From assembly GCA_977020255.1 (NCBI GenBank), contig CDROCS010005030.1, positions 1-54,368 on the forward strand: a stretch of DNA of 54,368 bases. The letters run 5' to 3'. Both the position numbers and the translations under genes were made by a program. How positions within the stretch are numbered: the stretch's first letter is position 1; the number at the start of each line of letters is the position of its first letter. Below the pieces are notes generated by a model. The model did no database searches, had not been told where the DNA came from, and saw only the letters and a list, made by a program, of their open reading frames with translations. Of this stretch, positions 12,610-26,187 are shown piece after piece. This stretch comes from Obrimoposthia wandeli (Eukaryota).

Positions 12610-15600
12610 ACTGTGATCGAAGGATGTCTCAGTCTTACAAGTGCCGTTTTTATATAATTATTATTGTGTTAATAAATTAAAGTAAAATATATTATGATCT
12701 ACGATTTTATGTTGTTAAAGTTTTTATTTCTACTAAATTGTGAAATTTATTTTCAGGTATATTTTTTGTTTTAAAATCTACATTTTGTAATAACTATTTC
12801 AACAATGCTCAGATACATCTAGGACTAGTGCTACTACTAATACCATCGATTGTAAATATGCTTTATATTTAGTGATACTTATAAAACCAAATATTGTATA
12901 AGTGTATTATGTCTCATATTTGAGCATTTCAAAAAACAATTTGCTAAATGAGTACATTAATTTGATCAAATAAATACACTATATTTCAAGATACTAAAAA
13001 TATTCAAAATAATCAAGCAATATATTTATTTTATGGAATCAATATTTGAATATCATCCCAATATTGGAGAGAAATTAATGATTGACTATTACTTCAATTG
13101 TGAAAATAGTCGAATTTTAGATCATATTACAATTAGTTACATGCATTATTTGTGACATATTTCCTCATAATATGTAACATACACAGTGACAATGTAATCC
13201 ACGTCTGATAAATACATACTTAATCAATCATGAGTAATGTCATAAAATAATGGCTAGTAAGTATGATACAAGTGAACATGAATGTTTAATCAAGTAGTTG
13301 TGGAAACTAATCTTCACGCGGTTAAACTCGCAAAAAATGTTATAAAATAATGACTAAGACCATTTGTGATTAAAAGAATGTATTTTCATATTTACTATTA
13401 TAAATAATGGTTAACAACTATGATTTATTTCAATTCATATCACATTAAACTAGTCTTGGCAACTTTTTTCATAGTTACACACATTATCATAAGATACTCA
13501 ATATCATTGTATTTCAATTGACTTATTCGGCAAATAATTTTTTTGGAACTAATTTTGGTATGGTTACACACATTGTCATAATTTAACGGATGACAACTCT
13601 AATTTTATTTCAATCAACTTAACCCATAACTCTTGCAGTTCTGATAAAGTAAAAAAACAGTATATTAAGATTACATTTAAAAAGAAGAATAATAAGTCTT
13701 TTAAACGTCTTGGCCCTTGCAAGTTTGACCAAGATCAAACAAAGCCCATCAAATGTAACTTTAAAAGTATATAAATCATTTTTTATGAAGATTTTGACCC
13801 TTGAATGAAAACTTTCGAGGAATCACCTTCAAAGAAGCACTTTCGAGGAAGCACTTTCAAAGCTCCATGGACTAAAGTGACCTCAAAAGCTCATGTATAT
13901 TATAGTAAATGTCAACACAGTAGACGTTTGACAGATGATGAGTCATCGATTTGTTTAAAAGGGTCATGCCATAAAAGAAACCGAGCTTTCTATCAGACGT
14001 CTTGCGTGAGTTTCGAGAAAAAAAGAGTTTGACTACATTTTTGATCAGTTTTAGAATTTTTTAAAACTTGGTTATATATAGTGGTATATAATCGTCGTCA
14101 TCCACTCAATATCACTGGATCTTTCATCTTATGTGTGTTCATGTACACACACACTTATTGTTGTGGATATAATGAAAAATAATGTTAGTATAAATGTCCT
14201 TGATTATTATTTGTTTGAATTTCAACCAATATAAATAGACTTGTCACTGGATCTTTCATCTTGTATGTGTGTGTGTGTGTTCATGTACACACACACACTT
14301 ATTGTTGTGGATATAATGAAAAATATTGTTAGTATAATTGTCCTTGAATTTTATTTGTTTGAATTTCAACCAATATAAATAGACTTGCTATAACGTATTT
14401 ACTCGTGCGATATAACGCCCAATATCAATTTATGAGTTTAAAATGTTTAAATTTATATTTAAGTGTCACGTAAAAATATTTTTAATATTTGAATTTGTAG
14501 CGCAAAAATCAGTTTATTAAAACAAAAATGCAGAGAACAAGATTTAAATGATTGCAGAGATACGTCCAGTAGATCATCAGTCTACTGCATTATCCTCTCT
14601 ACCATCATGCTCTGATATCACGCGTTTAGAGATAAAAATAGTTTAAGACAATATAAAAACATGGGGAATTATTTTAAGGAAAACATTCATTGTAAAACAT
14701 ATTATATTCCAAGTTTCATAGCATATGCAGAGTTTTAATCATCTTAGGCATCTATATTGTAAAGTGTTGGTTCGAGATTGTTGACTTATCGGACAATAGA
14801 TTTTTAAACTCACTGAGTCATGACTTATGAGCTCAAATGTTAGACCGTATCATCAAGTGTTACAATACAAATGACTTGACTTTTGACCTGAACTGATAAC
14901 GGTCCAACATCCGAGCTCATGACTAAAGGGTCTAATGAATCAATGAGCTCAAATTGACACTTTACACTACTAAATATATTTATAAAACTCATCATTTATT
15001 CAGTAATTCTACAAAAGAAAGTTTGGAAATGTTTTTGCTGACAACTAATGACTACTTGCTTACCATCAGATCAATGCAAACATATACTCTTTGACATTAG
15101 TCCGTATGTATGTTCCTTAATTTCTTGAGATGGTATAAAAAGAGTGGTTTTGAAATATTTCGACATTCTACAATATACTTACAACTTGGATCTTAATTTT
15201 CTGTGAAACCGAATTTTATTTTCACCAATCGTATGTGTGTTTGACCTAACAAAATATGAAAGCTCTTAAAAGTATTAGTTACATATTTTATATACTATTT
15301 TTTAAATTACCTATTTATTCTAAAACAAATTGAGTAACAAAACGTTTACAACTCGTATTCATTATTTTAAATATTTATATGATTTTTCCCGTTTGTTGTT
15401 TATTTAAAGTAAGAAAATACCTACAAAAAAATAAAACATTTATTTAAAAACGATCCTTCAATGACCATATCGAATTTTTTAATAAATGTTAATATATCAG
15501 ATAAATTGAAATTATTTACATTTTGTAAATAATTCAATTAAATCTATGACCTTTATTTAAAATTAAATATTAAATTAATTCAGATTTGGAAGCATTTATT

Positions 15601-16076
15601 AAAATCATTAAACCTAAATAATTCTATATATATTATAATTTTAGTTTGTTGTCAAAGTTACATAATATATTCAAGAGTTAAAGTTATAAATTTAAAATGT
15701 TGTTCTGTATTCATTCAATCATAATATCGATTTTTTACATTATTTACTAATGTTTGAAGTAGTGGAAGAAACGTTTACCTCTGTCTTTGGAAAGTAAATG
15801 AAAATGATCAAGTTCTTGGTAATTGTCTGAAACAATGTCACCCACGATACAAATAAATGTAATTGGTAATTATTGGTGTCATATGTAAAACATCACAATG
15901 CTTTATTAAATTTGAATGATACCATACGATAATCAAAGAAAACTGTATTTGTAATGTTTAGTGCAATATGATATTTTATCAAAGTTTATGAATTAATGAA
16001 CTGAAAACTTCATTTTGGTAATCAATTTACATTTTAATATTTTGTATGTCGATTCATCATTTGAATTATAATTTGA

Positions 16077-16188
16077 CCAATAGAATATTTAATAATTAAA
16101 TATTAAATATTTTAAATATTTTAAGATACTAAGATTGTTAATTACTTGTATAAAACTAATCTTTCTAATTCAAAACTCAGTAACATAA
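16077..16188 (+). promoter_or_regulatory. CCAAT/TATA/Inr core promoter of intact copy A3 (same at ATG-112..-1 of A4-A8)
   Basis: TATAAAA lies at ATG-40 (16149) and TCAGT 28 nt later, identical to the A1 promoter. Confidence 0.72.
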
Positions 16189-17136
16189 ATGGCACAAACT
16201 GTTAGATGTAAATATCACATAGATGCTGAGCTGATTGAGGACCGCAAGGCTGGTGACTTGGTTTGTCCGGTCTGTGGACTTGTGGTGGCACAGCGAGTTA
16301 TTGATTTCTCTAGTGAATACCGAGTTTTTGAGGACGACACAGACAATAAATGTCGAGTTGGAGGTGTTGAAGATGAAAATCATGTTGAAGGAACATCATA
16401 CACGGGTATAAATGTTGGGTATGGGCAGAATTTAAACGAGGATGGCACTTTGAAGTTCCGAAATTTTAATCTAAGATCACCCATGGAGCAATTTGTCTAT
16501 TCTTGTAATCGGAAAATTGCCATTGTCAGCGAAAGACTCAATTTAAAGAATATGTTCTCGAAAGAAGCACAATATTTTGCCAAAGAACTTGCTAAGTCGA
16601 TGTTCAAACCACAGTCAATAGAGAGCAACAAAAAGTCCAGTAAACTTCGACACTTTGCTGTTGCTGCAGCATGCATCTTCATTACTCTAGACTCGTCCGT
16701 AAACCCAATGTCTCAGAAAGAGATCGCTCTGGCGGCAAATGTATCAGAAAAGCAAGTCAATAAAATAATACGGAATAACCCGAATATCTGGAAGAAAAAT
16801 TATGACAACAGCAGTAAGGCGAGTAAATATGCACAGAAATTTTCAATGCAGTTGGATATTCAGGACAGAAAAATAAAAATGAAGATCGAGTCAATTTCCA
16901 AAATAATTCTAGAAAATGCGAGAAAATTCCCTAAATACACTAACTCACTACCGAATAAACTGTCTGCAGCTGCAGTCTACATGTCCACTGTGATTCTCAA
17001 GCTTAAAATAGACAAACAATACCTTGCACAACTTTCTTCCAGTTCCTGGAGCTCTATTGTCAAACTCTACAAAGAATTATATAGTATTCGATCTTCACTT
17101 GTGCCACAAGAACAATATGTTGAGTTTTGCAGTTAA
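16189..17136 (+). CDS. GTF2B: Transcription initiation factor IIB-like protein, 315 aa, intronless (A3)
   Basis: Zn ribbon C7-x2-H10...C26-x2-C29 (CKYHIDAELIEDRKAGDLVCPVCGLVV), B-reader RVIDFSSEYRVF, linker RVG, and cyclin-fold motifs AVAAACIF..PMSQKEI and SAAAVYM. The layout is collinear with animal TFIIB (human 316 aa). Confidence 0.93.
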   Translation: MAQTVRCKYHIDAELIEDRKAGDLVCPVCGLVVAQRVIDFSSEYRVFEDDTDNKCRVGGVEDENHVEGTSYTGINVGYGQNLNEDGTLKFRNFNLRSPMEQFVYSCNRKIAIVSERLNLKNMFSKEAQYFAKELAKSMFKPQSIESNKKSSKLRHFAVAAACIFITLDSSVNPMSQKEIALAANVSEKQVNKIIRNNPNIWKKNYDNSSKASKYAQKFSMQLDIQDRKIKMKIESISKIILENARKFPKYTNSLPNKLSAAAVYMSTVILKLKIDKQYLAQLSSSSWSSIVKLYKELYSIRSSLVPQEQYVEFCS

Positions 17137-17198
17137 ACTGTGATCGAAGGATGTCTCGGTCTAACAAATGCCGTTTTTAATATAATTATTATTGTGTT

Positions 17199-17204
17199 AA
17201 TAAA
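17199..17204 (+). terminator. Putative polyadenylation signal AATAAA ~63 nt after TFIIB stop (present after every copy)
   Basis: AATAAA is at 17199-17204 (A1: 4947-4952) and is followed by T/GT-rich sequence. AT-rich context makes chance matches common. Confidence 0.5.
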
Positions 17205-20200
17205 TTAAACTAAAAATATATTATGATCTACGATTTTATGTTGTTAAAGTTTTTATTTCTACTAAATTGTGAAATTTATTTTCAGGTATATTTTTTGTTT
17301 TAAAATCTACATTTTGTAATAACTATTTCAACAATGCTCAGATACATCTAGGACTAGTGCTACTACTAATACCATCGATTGTAAATATGCTTTATATTTA
17401 GTGATACTTATAAAACCAAATATTGTATAAGTGTATTATGTCTCATATTTGAGCATTTCATAAAACAATTTGCTAAATGAGTACATTAATTTGATCAAAT
17501 AAATACACTATATTTCAAGATACTAAAAATATTCAAAATAATCAAGCAATATATTTATTTTATGGAATCAATATTTGAATATCATCCCAATATTGGAGAG
17601 AAATTAATGATTGACTATTACTTCAATTGTGAAAATAGTCGAATTTTAGATCATATTACAATTAGTTACATGCATTATTTGTGACATATTTCCTCATAAT
17701 ATGTAACATACACAGTGACAATGTAATCCACGTCTGATAAATACATACTTAATCAATCATGAGTAATGTCATAAAATAATGGCTAGTAAGTATGATACAA
17801 GTGAACATGAATGTTTAATCAAGTAGTTGTGGAAACTAATCTTCACGCGGTTAAACTCGCAAAAAATGTTATAAAATAATGACTAAGACCATTTGTGATT
17901 AAAAGAATGTATTTTCATATTTACTATTATAAATAATGGTTAACAACTATGATTGTATTTCAATTCATATCACATTAAACTAGTCTTGGCAACTTTTTTC
18001 ATAGTTACACACATTATCATAAGATACTCAATATCATTGTATTTCAATTGACTTATTCGGCAAATAATTTTTTTGGAACTAATTTTGGTATGGTTACACA
18101 CATTGTCATAATTTAACGGATGACAACTCTAATTTTATTTCAATCAACTTAACCCATAACTCTTGCAGTTCTGATAAAGTAAAAAACAGTATATTAAGAT
18201 TACATTTAAAAAGAAGAATAATAAGTCTTTTAAACGTCTTGGCCCTTGCAAGTTTGACCAAGATCAAACAAAGCCCATCAAATGTAACTTTAAAAGTATA
18301 TAAATCATTTTTTATGAAGATTTTGACCCTTGAATGAAAACTTTCGAGGAATCACCTTCAAAGAAGCACTTTCGAGGAAGCACTTTCAAAGCTCCATGGA
18401 CTAAAGTGACCTCAAAAGCTCATGTATATTATAGTAAATGTCAACACAGTAGACGTTTGACAGATGATGAGTCATCGATTTGTTTAAAAGGGTCATGCCA
18501 TAAAAGAAACCGAGCTTTCTATCAGACGTCTTGCGTGAGTTTCGAGAAAAAAAGAGTTTGACTACATTTTTGATCAGTTTTAGAATTTTTTAAAAACTTG
18601 GTTATATATAGTGGTATATAATCGTCGTCATCCACTCAATATCACTGGATCTTTCATCTTATGTGTGTTCATGTACACACACACTTATTGTTGTGGATAT
18701 AATGAAAAATAATGTTAGTATAAATGTCCTTGATTATTATTTGTTTGAATTTCAACCAATATAAATAGACTTGTCACTGGATCTTTCATCTTGTATGTGT
18801 GTGTGTGTGTTCATGTACACACACACACTTATTGTTGTGGATATAATGAAAAATATTGTTAGTATAATTGTCCTTGAATTTTATTTGTTTGAATTTCAAC
18901 CAATATAAATAGACTTGCTATAACGTATTTACTCGTGCGATATAACGCCCAATATCAATTTATGAGTTTAAAATGTTTAAATTTATATTTAAGTGTCACG
19001 TAAAAATATTTTTAATATTTGAATTTGTAGCGCAAAAATCAGTTTATTAAAACAAAAATGCAGAGAACAAGATTTAAATGATTGCAGAGATACGTCCAGT
19101 AGATCATCAGTCTACTGCATTATCCTCTCTACCATCATGCTCTGATATCACGCGTTTAGAGATAAAAATAGTTTAAGACAATATAAAAACATGGGGAATT
19201 ATTTTAAGGAAAACATTCATTGTAAAACATATTATATTCCAAGTTTCATAGCATATGCAGAGTTTTAATCATCTTAGGCATCTATATTGTAAAGTGTTGG
19301 TTCGAGATTGTTGACTTATCGGACAATAGATTTTTAAACTCACTGAGTCATGACTTATGAGCTCAAATGTTAGACCGTATCATCAAGTGTTACAATACAA
19401 ATGACTTGACTTTTGACCTGAACTGATAACGGTCCAACATCCGAGCTCATGACTAAAGGGTCTAATGAATCAATGAGCTCAAATTGACACTTTACACTAC
19501 TAAATATATTTATAAAACTCATCATTTATTCAGTAATTCTACAAAAGAAAGTTTGGAAATGTTTTTGCTGACAACTAATGACTACTTGCTTACCATCAGA
19601 TCAATGCAAACATATACTCTTTGACATTAGTCCGTATGTATGTTCCTTAATTTCTTGAGATGGTATAAAAAGAGTGGTTTTGAAATATTTCGACATTCTA
19701 CAATATACTTACAACTTGGATCTTAATTTTCTGTGAAACCGAATTTTATTTTCACCAATCGTATGTGTGTTTGACCTAACAAAATATGAAAGCTCTTAAA
19801 AGTATTAGTTACATATTTTATATACTATTTTTTAAATTACCTATTTATTCTAAAACAAATTGAGTAACAAAACGTTTACAACTCGTATTCATTATTTTAA
19901 ATATTTATATGATTTTTCCCGTTTGTTGTTTATTTAAAGTAAGAAAATACCTACAAAAAAATAAAACATTTATTTAAAAACGATCCTTCAATGACCATAT
20001 CGAATTTTTTAATAAATGTTAATATATCAGATAAATTGAAATTATTTACATTTTGTAAATAATTCAATTAAATCTATGACCTTTATTTAAAATTAAATAT
20101 TAAATTAATTCAGATTTGGAAGCATTTATTAAAATCATTAAACCTAAATAATTCTATATATATTATAATTTTAGTTTGTTGTCAAAGTTACATAATATAT

Positions 20201-20718
20201 TCAAGAGTTAAAGTTATAAATTTAAAATGTTGTTCTGTATTCATTCAATCATAATATCGATTTTTTACATTATTTACTAATGTTTGAAGTAGTGGAAGAA
20301 ACGTTTACCTCTGTCTTTGGAAAGTAAATGAAAATGATCAAGTTCTTGGTAATTGTCTGAAACAATGTCACCCACGATACAAATAAATGTAATTGGTAAT
20401 TATTGGTGTCATATGTAAAACATCACAATGCTTTATTAAATTTGAATGATACCATACGATAATCAAAGAAAACTGTATTTGTAATGTTTAGTGCAATATG
20501 ATATTTTATCAAAGTTTATGAATTAATGAACTGAAAACTTCATTTTGGTAATCAATTTACATTTTAATATTTTGTATGTCGATTCATCATTTGAATTATA
20601 ATTTGACCAATAGAATATTTAATAATTAAATATTAAATATTTTAAATATTTTAAGATACTAAGATTGTTAATTACTTGTATAAAACTAATCTTTCTAATT
20701 CAAAACTCAGTAACATAA

Positions 20719-21666
20719 ATGGCACAAACTGTTAGATGTAAATATCACATAGATGCTGAGCTGATTGAGGACCGCAAGGCTGGTGACTTGGTTTGTCCGG
20801 TCTGTGGACTTGTGGTGGCACAGCGAGTTATTGATTTCTCTAGTGAATACCGAGTTTTTGAGGACGACACAGACAATAAATGTCGAGTTGGAGGTGTTGA
20901 AGATGAAAATCATGTTGAAGGAACATCATACACGGGTATAAATGTTGGGTATGGGCAGAATTTAAACGAGGATGGCACTTTGAAGTTCCGAAATTTTAAT
21001 CTAAGATCACCCATGGAGCAATTTGTCTATTCTTGTAATCGGAAAATTGCCATTGTCAGCGAAAGACTCAATTTAAAGAATATGTTCTCGAAAGAAGCAC
21101 AATATTTTGCCAAAGAACTTGCTAAGTCGATGTTCAAACCACAGTCAATAGAGAGCAACAAAAAGTCCAGTAAACTTCGACACTTTGCTGTTGCTGCAGC
21201 ATGCATCTTCATTACTCTAGACTCGTCCGTAAACCCAATGTCTCAGAAAGAGATCGCTCTGGCGGCAAATGTATCAGAAAAGCAAGTCAATAAAATAATA
21301 CGGAATAACCCGAATATCTGGAAGAAAAATTATGACAACAGCAGTAAGGCGAGTAAATATGCACAGAAATTTTCAATGCAGTTGGATATTCAGGACAGAA
21401 AAATAAAAATGAAGATCGAGTCAATTTCCAAAATAATTCTAGAAAATGCGAGAAAATTCCCTAAATACACTAACTCACTACCGAATAAACTGTCTGCAGC
21501 TGCAGTCTACATGTCCACTGTGATTCTCAAGCTTAAAATAGACAAACAATACCTTGCACAACTTTCTTCCAGTTCCTGGAGCTCTATTGTCAAACTCTAC
21601 AAAGAATTATATAGTATTCGATCTTCACTTGTGCCACAAGAACAATATGTTGAGTTTTGCAGTTAA
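20719..21666 (+). CDS. GTF2B: TFIIB-like protein, 315 aa (A4)
   Basis: The translation is identical to A3. Confidence 0.93.
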   Translation: MAQTVRCKYHIDAELIEDRKAGDLVCPVCGLVVAQRVIDFSSEYRVFEDDTDNKCRVGGVEDENHVEGTSYTGINVGYGQNLNEDGTLKFRNFNLRSPMEQFVYSCNRKIAIVSERLNLKNMFSKEAQYFAKELAKSMFKPQSIESNKKSSKLRHFAVAAACIFITLDSSVNPMSQKEIALAANVSEKQVNKIIRNNPNIWKKNYDNSSKASKYAQKFSMQLDIQDRKIKMKIESISKIILENARKFPKYTNSLPNKLSAAAVYMSTVILKLKIDKQYLAQLSSSSWSSIVKLYKELYSIRSSLVPQEQYVEFCS

Positions 21667-24600
21667 ACTGTGATCGAAGGATGTCTCGGTCTAACAAATG
21701 CCGTTTTTAATATAATTATTATTGTGTTAATAAATTAAACTAAAAATATATTATGATCTACGATTTTATGTTGTTAAAGTTTTTATTTCTACTAAATTGT
21801 GAAATTTATTTTCAGGTATATTTTTTGTTTTAAAATCTACATTTTGTAATAACTATTTCAACAATGCTCAGATACATCTAGGACTAGTGCTACTACTAAT
21901 ACCATCGATTGTAAATATGCTTTATATTTAGTGATACTTATAAAACCAAATATTGTATAAGTGTATTATGTCTCATATTTGAGGATTTCAAAAAACAATT
22001 TGCTAAATGAGTACATTAATTTGATCAAATAAATACACTATATTTCAAGATACTAAAAATATTCAAAATAATCAAGCAATATATTTATTTTATGGAATCA
22101 ATATTTGAATATCATCCCAATATTGGAGAGAAATTAATGATTGACTATTACTTCAATTGTGAAAATAGTCGAATTTTAGATCATATTACAATTAGTTACA
22201 TGCATTATTTGTGACATATTTCCTCATAATATGTAACATACACAGTGACAATGTAATCCACGTCTGATAAATACATACTTAATCAATCATGAGTAATGTC
22301 ATAAAATAATGGCTAGTAAGTATGATACAAGTGAACATGAATGTTTAATCAAGTAGTTGTGGAAACTAATCTTCACGCGGTTAAACTCGCAAAAAATGTT
22401 ATAAAATAATGACTAAGACCATTTGTGATTAAAAGAATGTATTTTCATATTTACTATTATAAATAATGGTTAACAACTATGATTGTATTTCAATTCATAT
22501 CACATTAAACTAGTCTTGGCAACTTTTTTCATAGTTACACACATTATCATAAGATACTCAATATCATTGTATTTCAATTGACTTATTCGGCAAATAATTT
22601 TTTTGGAACTAATTTTGGTATGGTTACACACATTGTCATAATTTAACGGATGACAACTCTAATTTTATTTCAATCAACTTAACCCATAACTCTTGCAGTT
22701 CTGATAAAGTAAAAAAACAGTATATTAAGATTACATTTAAAAAGAAGAATAATAAGTCTTTTAAACGTCTTGGCCCTTGCAAGTTTGACCAAGATCAAAC
22801 AAAGCCCATCAAATGTAACTTTAAAAGTATATAAATCATTTTTTATGAAGATTTTGACCCTTGAATGAAAACTTTCGAGGAATCACCTTCAAACGAGGAA
22901 GCACTTTCAAAGCTCCATGGACTAAAGTGACCTCAAAAGCTCATGTATATTATAGTAAATGTCAACACAGTAGACGTTTGACAGATGATGAGTCATCGAT
23001 TTGTTTAAAAGGGTCATGCCATAAAAGAAACCGAGCTTTCTATCAGACGTCTTGCGTGAGTTTCGAGAAAAAAAGAGTTTGACTACATTTTTGATCAGTT
23101 TTAGAATTTTTTAAAAACTTGGTTATATATAGTGGTATATAATCGTCGTCATCCACTCAATATCACTGGATCTTTCATCTTATGTGTGTTCATGTACACA
23201 CACACTTATTGTTGTGGATATAATGAAAAATAATGTTAGTATAAATGTCCTTGATTATTATTTGTTTGAATTTCAACCAATATAAATAGACTTGTCACTG
23301 GATCTTTCATCTTGTATGTGTGTGTGTGTGTTCATGTACACACACACACTTATTGTTGTGGATATAATGAAAAATATTGTTAGTATAATTGTCCTTGAAT
23401 TTTATTTGTTTGAATTTCAACCAATATAAATAGACTTGCTATAACGTATTTACTCGTGCGATATAACGCCCAATATCAATTTATGAGTTTAAAATGTTTA
23501 AATTTATATTTAAGTGTCACGTAAAAATATTTTTAATATTTGAATTTGTAGCGCAAAAATCAGTTTATTAAAACAAAAATGCAGAGAACAAGATTTAAAT
23601 GATTGCAGAGATACGTCCAGTAGATCATCAGTCTACTGCATTATCCTCTCTACCATCATGCTCTGATATCACGCGTTTAGAGATAAAAATAGTTTAAGAC
23701 AATATAAAAACATGGGGAATTATTTTAAGGAAAACATTCATTGTAAAACATATTATATTCCAAGTTTCATAGCATATGCAGAGTTTTAATCATCTTAGGC
23801 ATCTATATTGTAAAGTGTTGGTTCGAGATTGTTGACTTATCGGACAATAGATTTTTAAACTCACTGAGTCATGACTTATGAGCTCAAATGTTAGACCGTA
23901 TCATCAAGTGTTACAATACAAATGACTTGACTTTTGACCTGAACTGATAACGGTCCAACATCCGAGCTCATGACTAAAGGGTCTAATGAATCAATGAGCT
24001 CAAATTGACACTTTACACTACTAAATATATTTATAAAACTCATCATTTATTCAGTAATTCTACAAAAGAAAGTTTGGAAATGTTTTTGCTGACAACTAAT
24101 GACTACTTGCTTACCATCAGATCAATGCAAACATATACTCTTTGACATTAGTCCGTATGTATGTTCCTTAATTTCTTGAGATGGTATAAAAAGAGTGGTT
24201 TTGAAATATTTCGACATTCTACAATATACTTACAACTTGGATCTTAATTTTCTGTGAAACCGAATTTTATTTTCACCAATCGTATGTGTGTTTGACCTAA
24301 CAAAATATGAAAGCTCTTAAAAGTATTAGTTACATATTTTATATACTATTTTTTAAATTACCTATTTATTCTAAAACAAATTGAGTAACAAAACGTTTAC
24401 AACTCGTATTCATTATTTTAAATATTTATATGATTTTTCCCGTTTGTTGTTTATTTAAAGTAAGAAAATACCTACAAAAAAATAAAACATTTATTTAAAA
24501 ACGATCCTTCAATGACCATATCGAATTTTTTAATAAATGTTAATATATCAGATAAATTGAAATTATTTACATTTTGTAAATAATTCAATTAAATCTATGA

Positions 24601-25239
24601 CCTTTATTTAAAATTAAATATTAAATTAATTCAGATTTGGAAGCATTTATTAAAATCATTAAACCTAAATAATTCTATATATATTATAATTTTAGTTTGT
24701 TGTCAAAGTTACATAATATATTCAAGAGTTAAAGTTATAAATTTAAAATGTTGTTCTGTATTCATTCAATCATAATATCGATTTTTTACATTATTTACTA
24801 ATGTTTGAAGTAGTGGAAGAAACGTTTACCTCTGTCTTTGGAAAGTAAATGAAAATGATCAAGTTCTTGGTAATTGTCTGAAACAATGTCACCCACGATA
24901 CAAATAAATGTAATTGGTAATTATTGGTGTCATATGTAAAACATCACAATGCTTTATTAAATTTGAATGATACCATACGATAATCAAAGAAAACTGTATT
25001 TGTAATGTTTAGTGCAATATGATATTTTATCAAAGTTTATGAATTAATGAACTGAAAACTTCATTTTGGTAATCAATTTACATTTTAATATTTTGTATGT
25101 CGATTCATCATTTGAATTATAATTTGACCAATAGAATATTTAATAATTAAATATTAAATATTTTAAATATTTTAAGATACTAAGATTGTTAATTACTTGT
25201 ATAAAACTAATCTTTCTAATTCAAAACTCAGTAACATAA

Positions 25240-26187
25240 ATGGCACAAACTGTTAGATGTAAATATCACATAGATGCTGAGCTGATTGAGGACCGCAAGG
25301 CTGGTGACTTGGTTTGTCCGGTCTGTGGACTTGTGGTGGCACAGCGAGTTATTGATTTCTCTAGTGAATACCGAGTTTTTGAGGACGACACAGACAATAA
25401 ATGTCGAGTTGGAGGTGTTGAAGATGAAAATCATGTTGAAGGAACATCATACACGGGTATAAATGTTGGGTATGGGCAGAATTTAAACGAGGATGGCACT
25501 TTGAAGTTCCGAAATTTTAATCTAAGATCACCCATGGAGCAATTTGTCTATTCTTGTAATCGGAAAATTGCCATTGTCAGCGAAAGACTCAATTTAAAGA
25601 ATATGTTCTCGAAAGAAGCACAATATTTTGCCAAAGAACTTGCTAAGTCGATGTTCAAACCACAGTCAATAGAGAGCAACAAAAAGTCCAGTAAACTTCG
25701 ACACTTTGCTGTTGCTGCAGCATGCATCTTCATTACTCTAGACTCGTCCGTAAACCCAATGTCTCAGAAAGAGATCGCTCTGGCGGCAAATGTATCAGAA
25801 AAGCAAGTCAATAAAATAATACGGAATAACCCGAATATCTGGAAGAAAAATTATGACAACAGCAGTAAGGCGAGTAAATATGCACAGAAATTTTCAATGC
25901 AGTTGGATATTCAGGACAGAAAAATAAAAATGAAGATCGAGTCAATTTCCAAAATAATTCTAGAAAATGCGAGAAAATTCCCTAAATACACTAACTCACT
26001 ACCGAATAAACTGTCTGCAGCTGCAGTCTACATGTCCACTGTGATTCTCAAGCTTAAAATAGACAAACAATACCTTGCACAACTTTCTTCCAGTTCCTGG
26101 AGCTCTATTGTCAAACTCTACAAAGAATTATATAGTATTCGATCTTCACTTGTGCCACAAGAACAATATGTTGAGTTTTGCAGTTAA
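25240..26187 (+). CDS. GTF2B: TFIIB-like protein, 315 aa (A5)
   Basis: The translation is identical to A3. Confidence 0.93.
   Translation: MAQTVRCKYHIDAELIEDRKAGDLVCPVCGLVVAQRVIDFSSEYRVFEDDTDNKCRVGGVEDENHVEGTSYTGINVGYGQNLNEDGTLKFRNFNLRSPMEQFVYSCNRKIAIVSERLNLKNMFSKEAQYFAKELAKSMFKPQSIESNKKSSKLRHFAVAAACIFITLDSSVNPMSQKEIALAANVSEKQVNKIIRNNPNIWKKNYDNSSKASKYAQKFSMQLDIQDRKIKMKIESISKIILENARKFPKYTNSLPNKLSAAAVYMSTVILKLKIDKQYLAQLSSSSWSSIVKLYKELYSIRSSLVPQEQYVEFCS

Noticed and set aside
16189-17136. Archaeal TFB or giant-virus TFIIB origin
   Set aside because: The N-terminal CxxH ribbon and flanking residues follow the animal TFIIB pattern closely, and the promoter and poly(A) signals are eukaryotic Pol II type. 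A tree is still needed to exclude viral capture.
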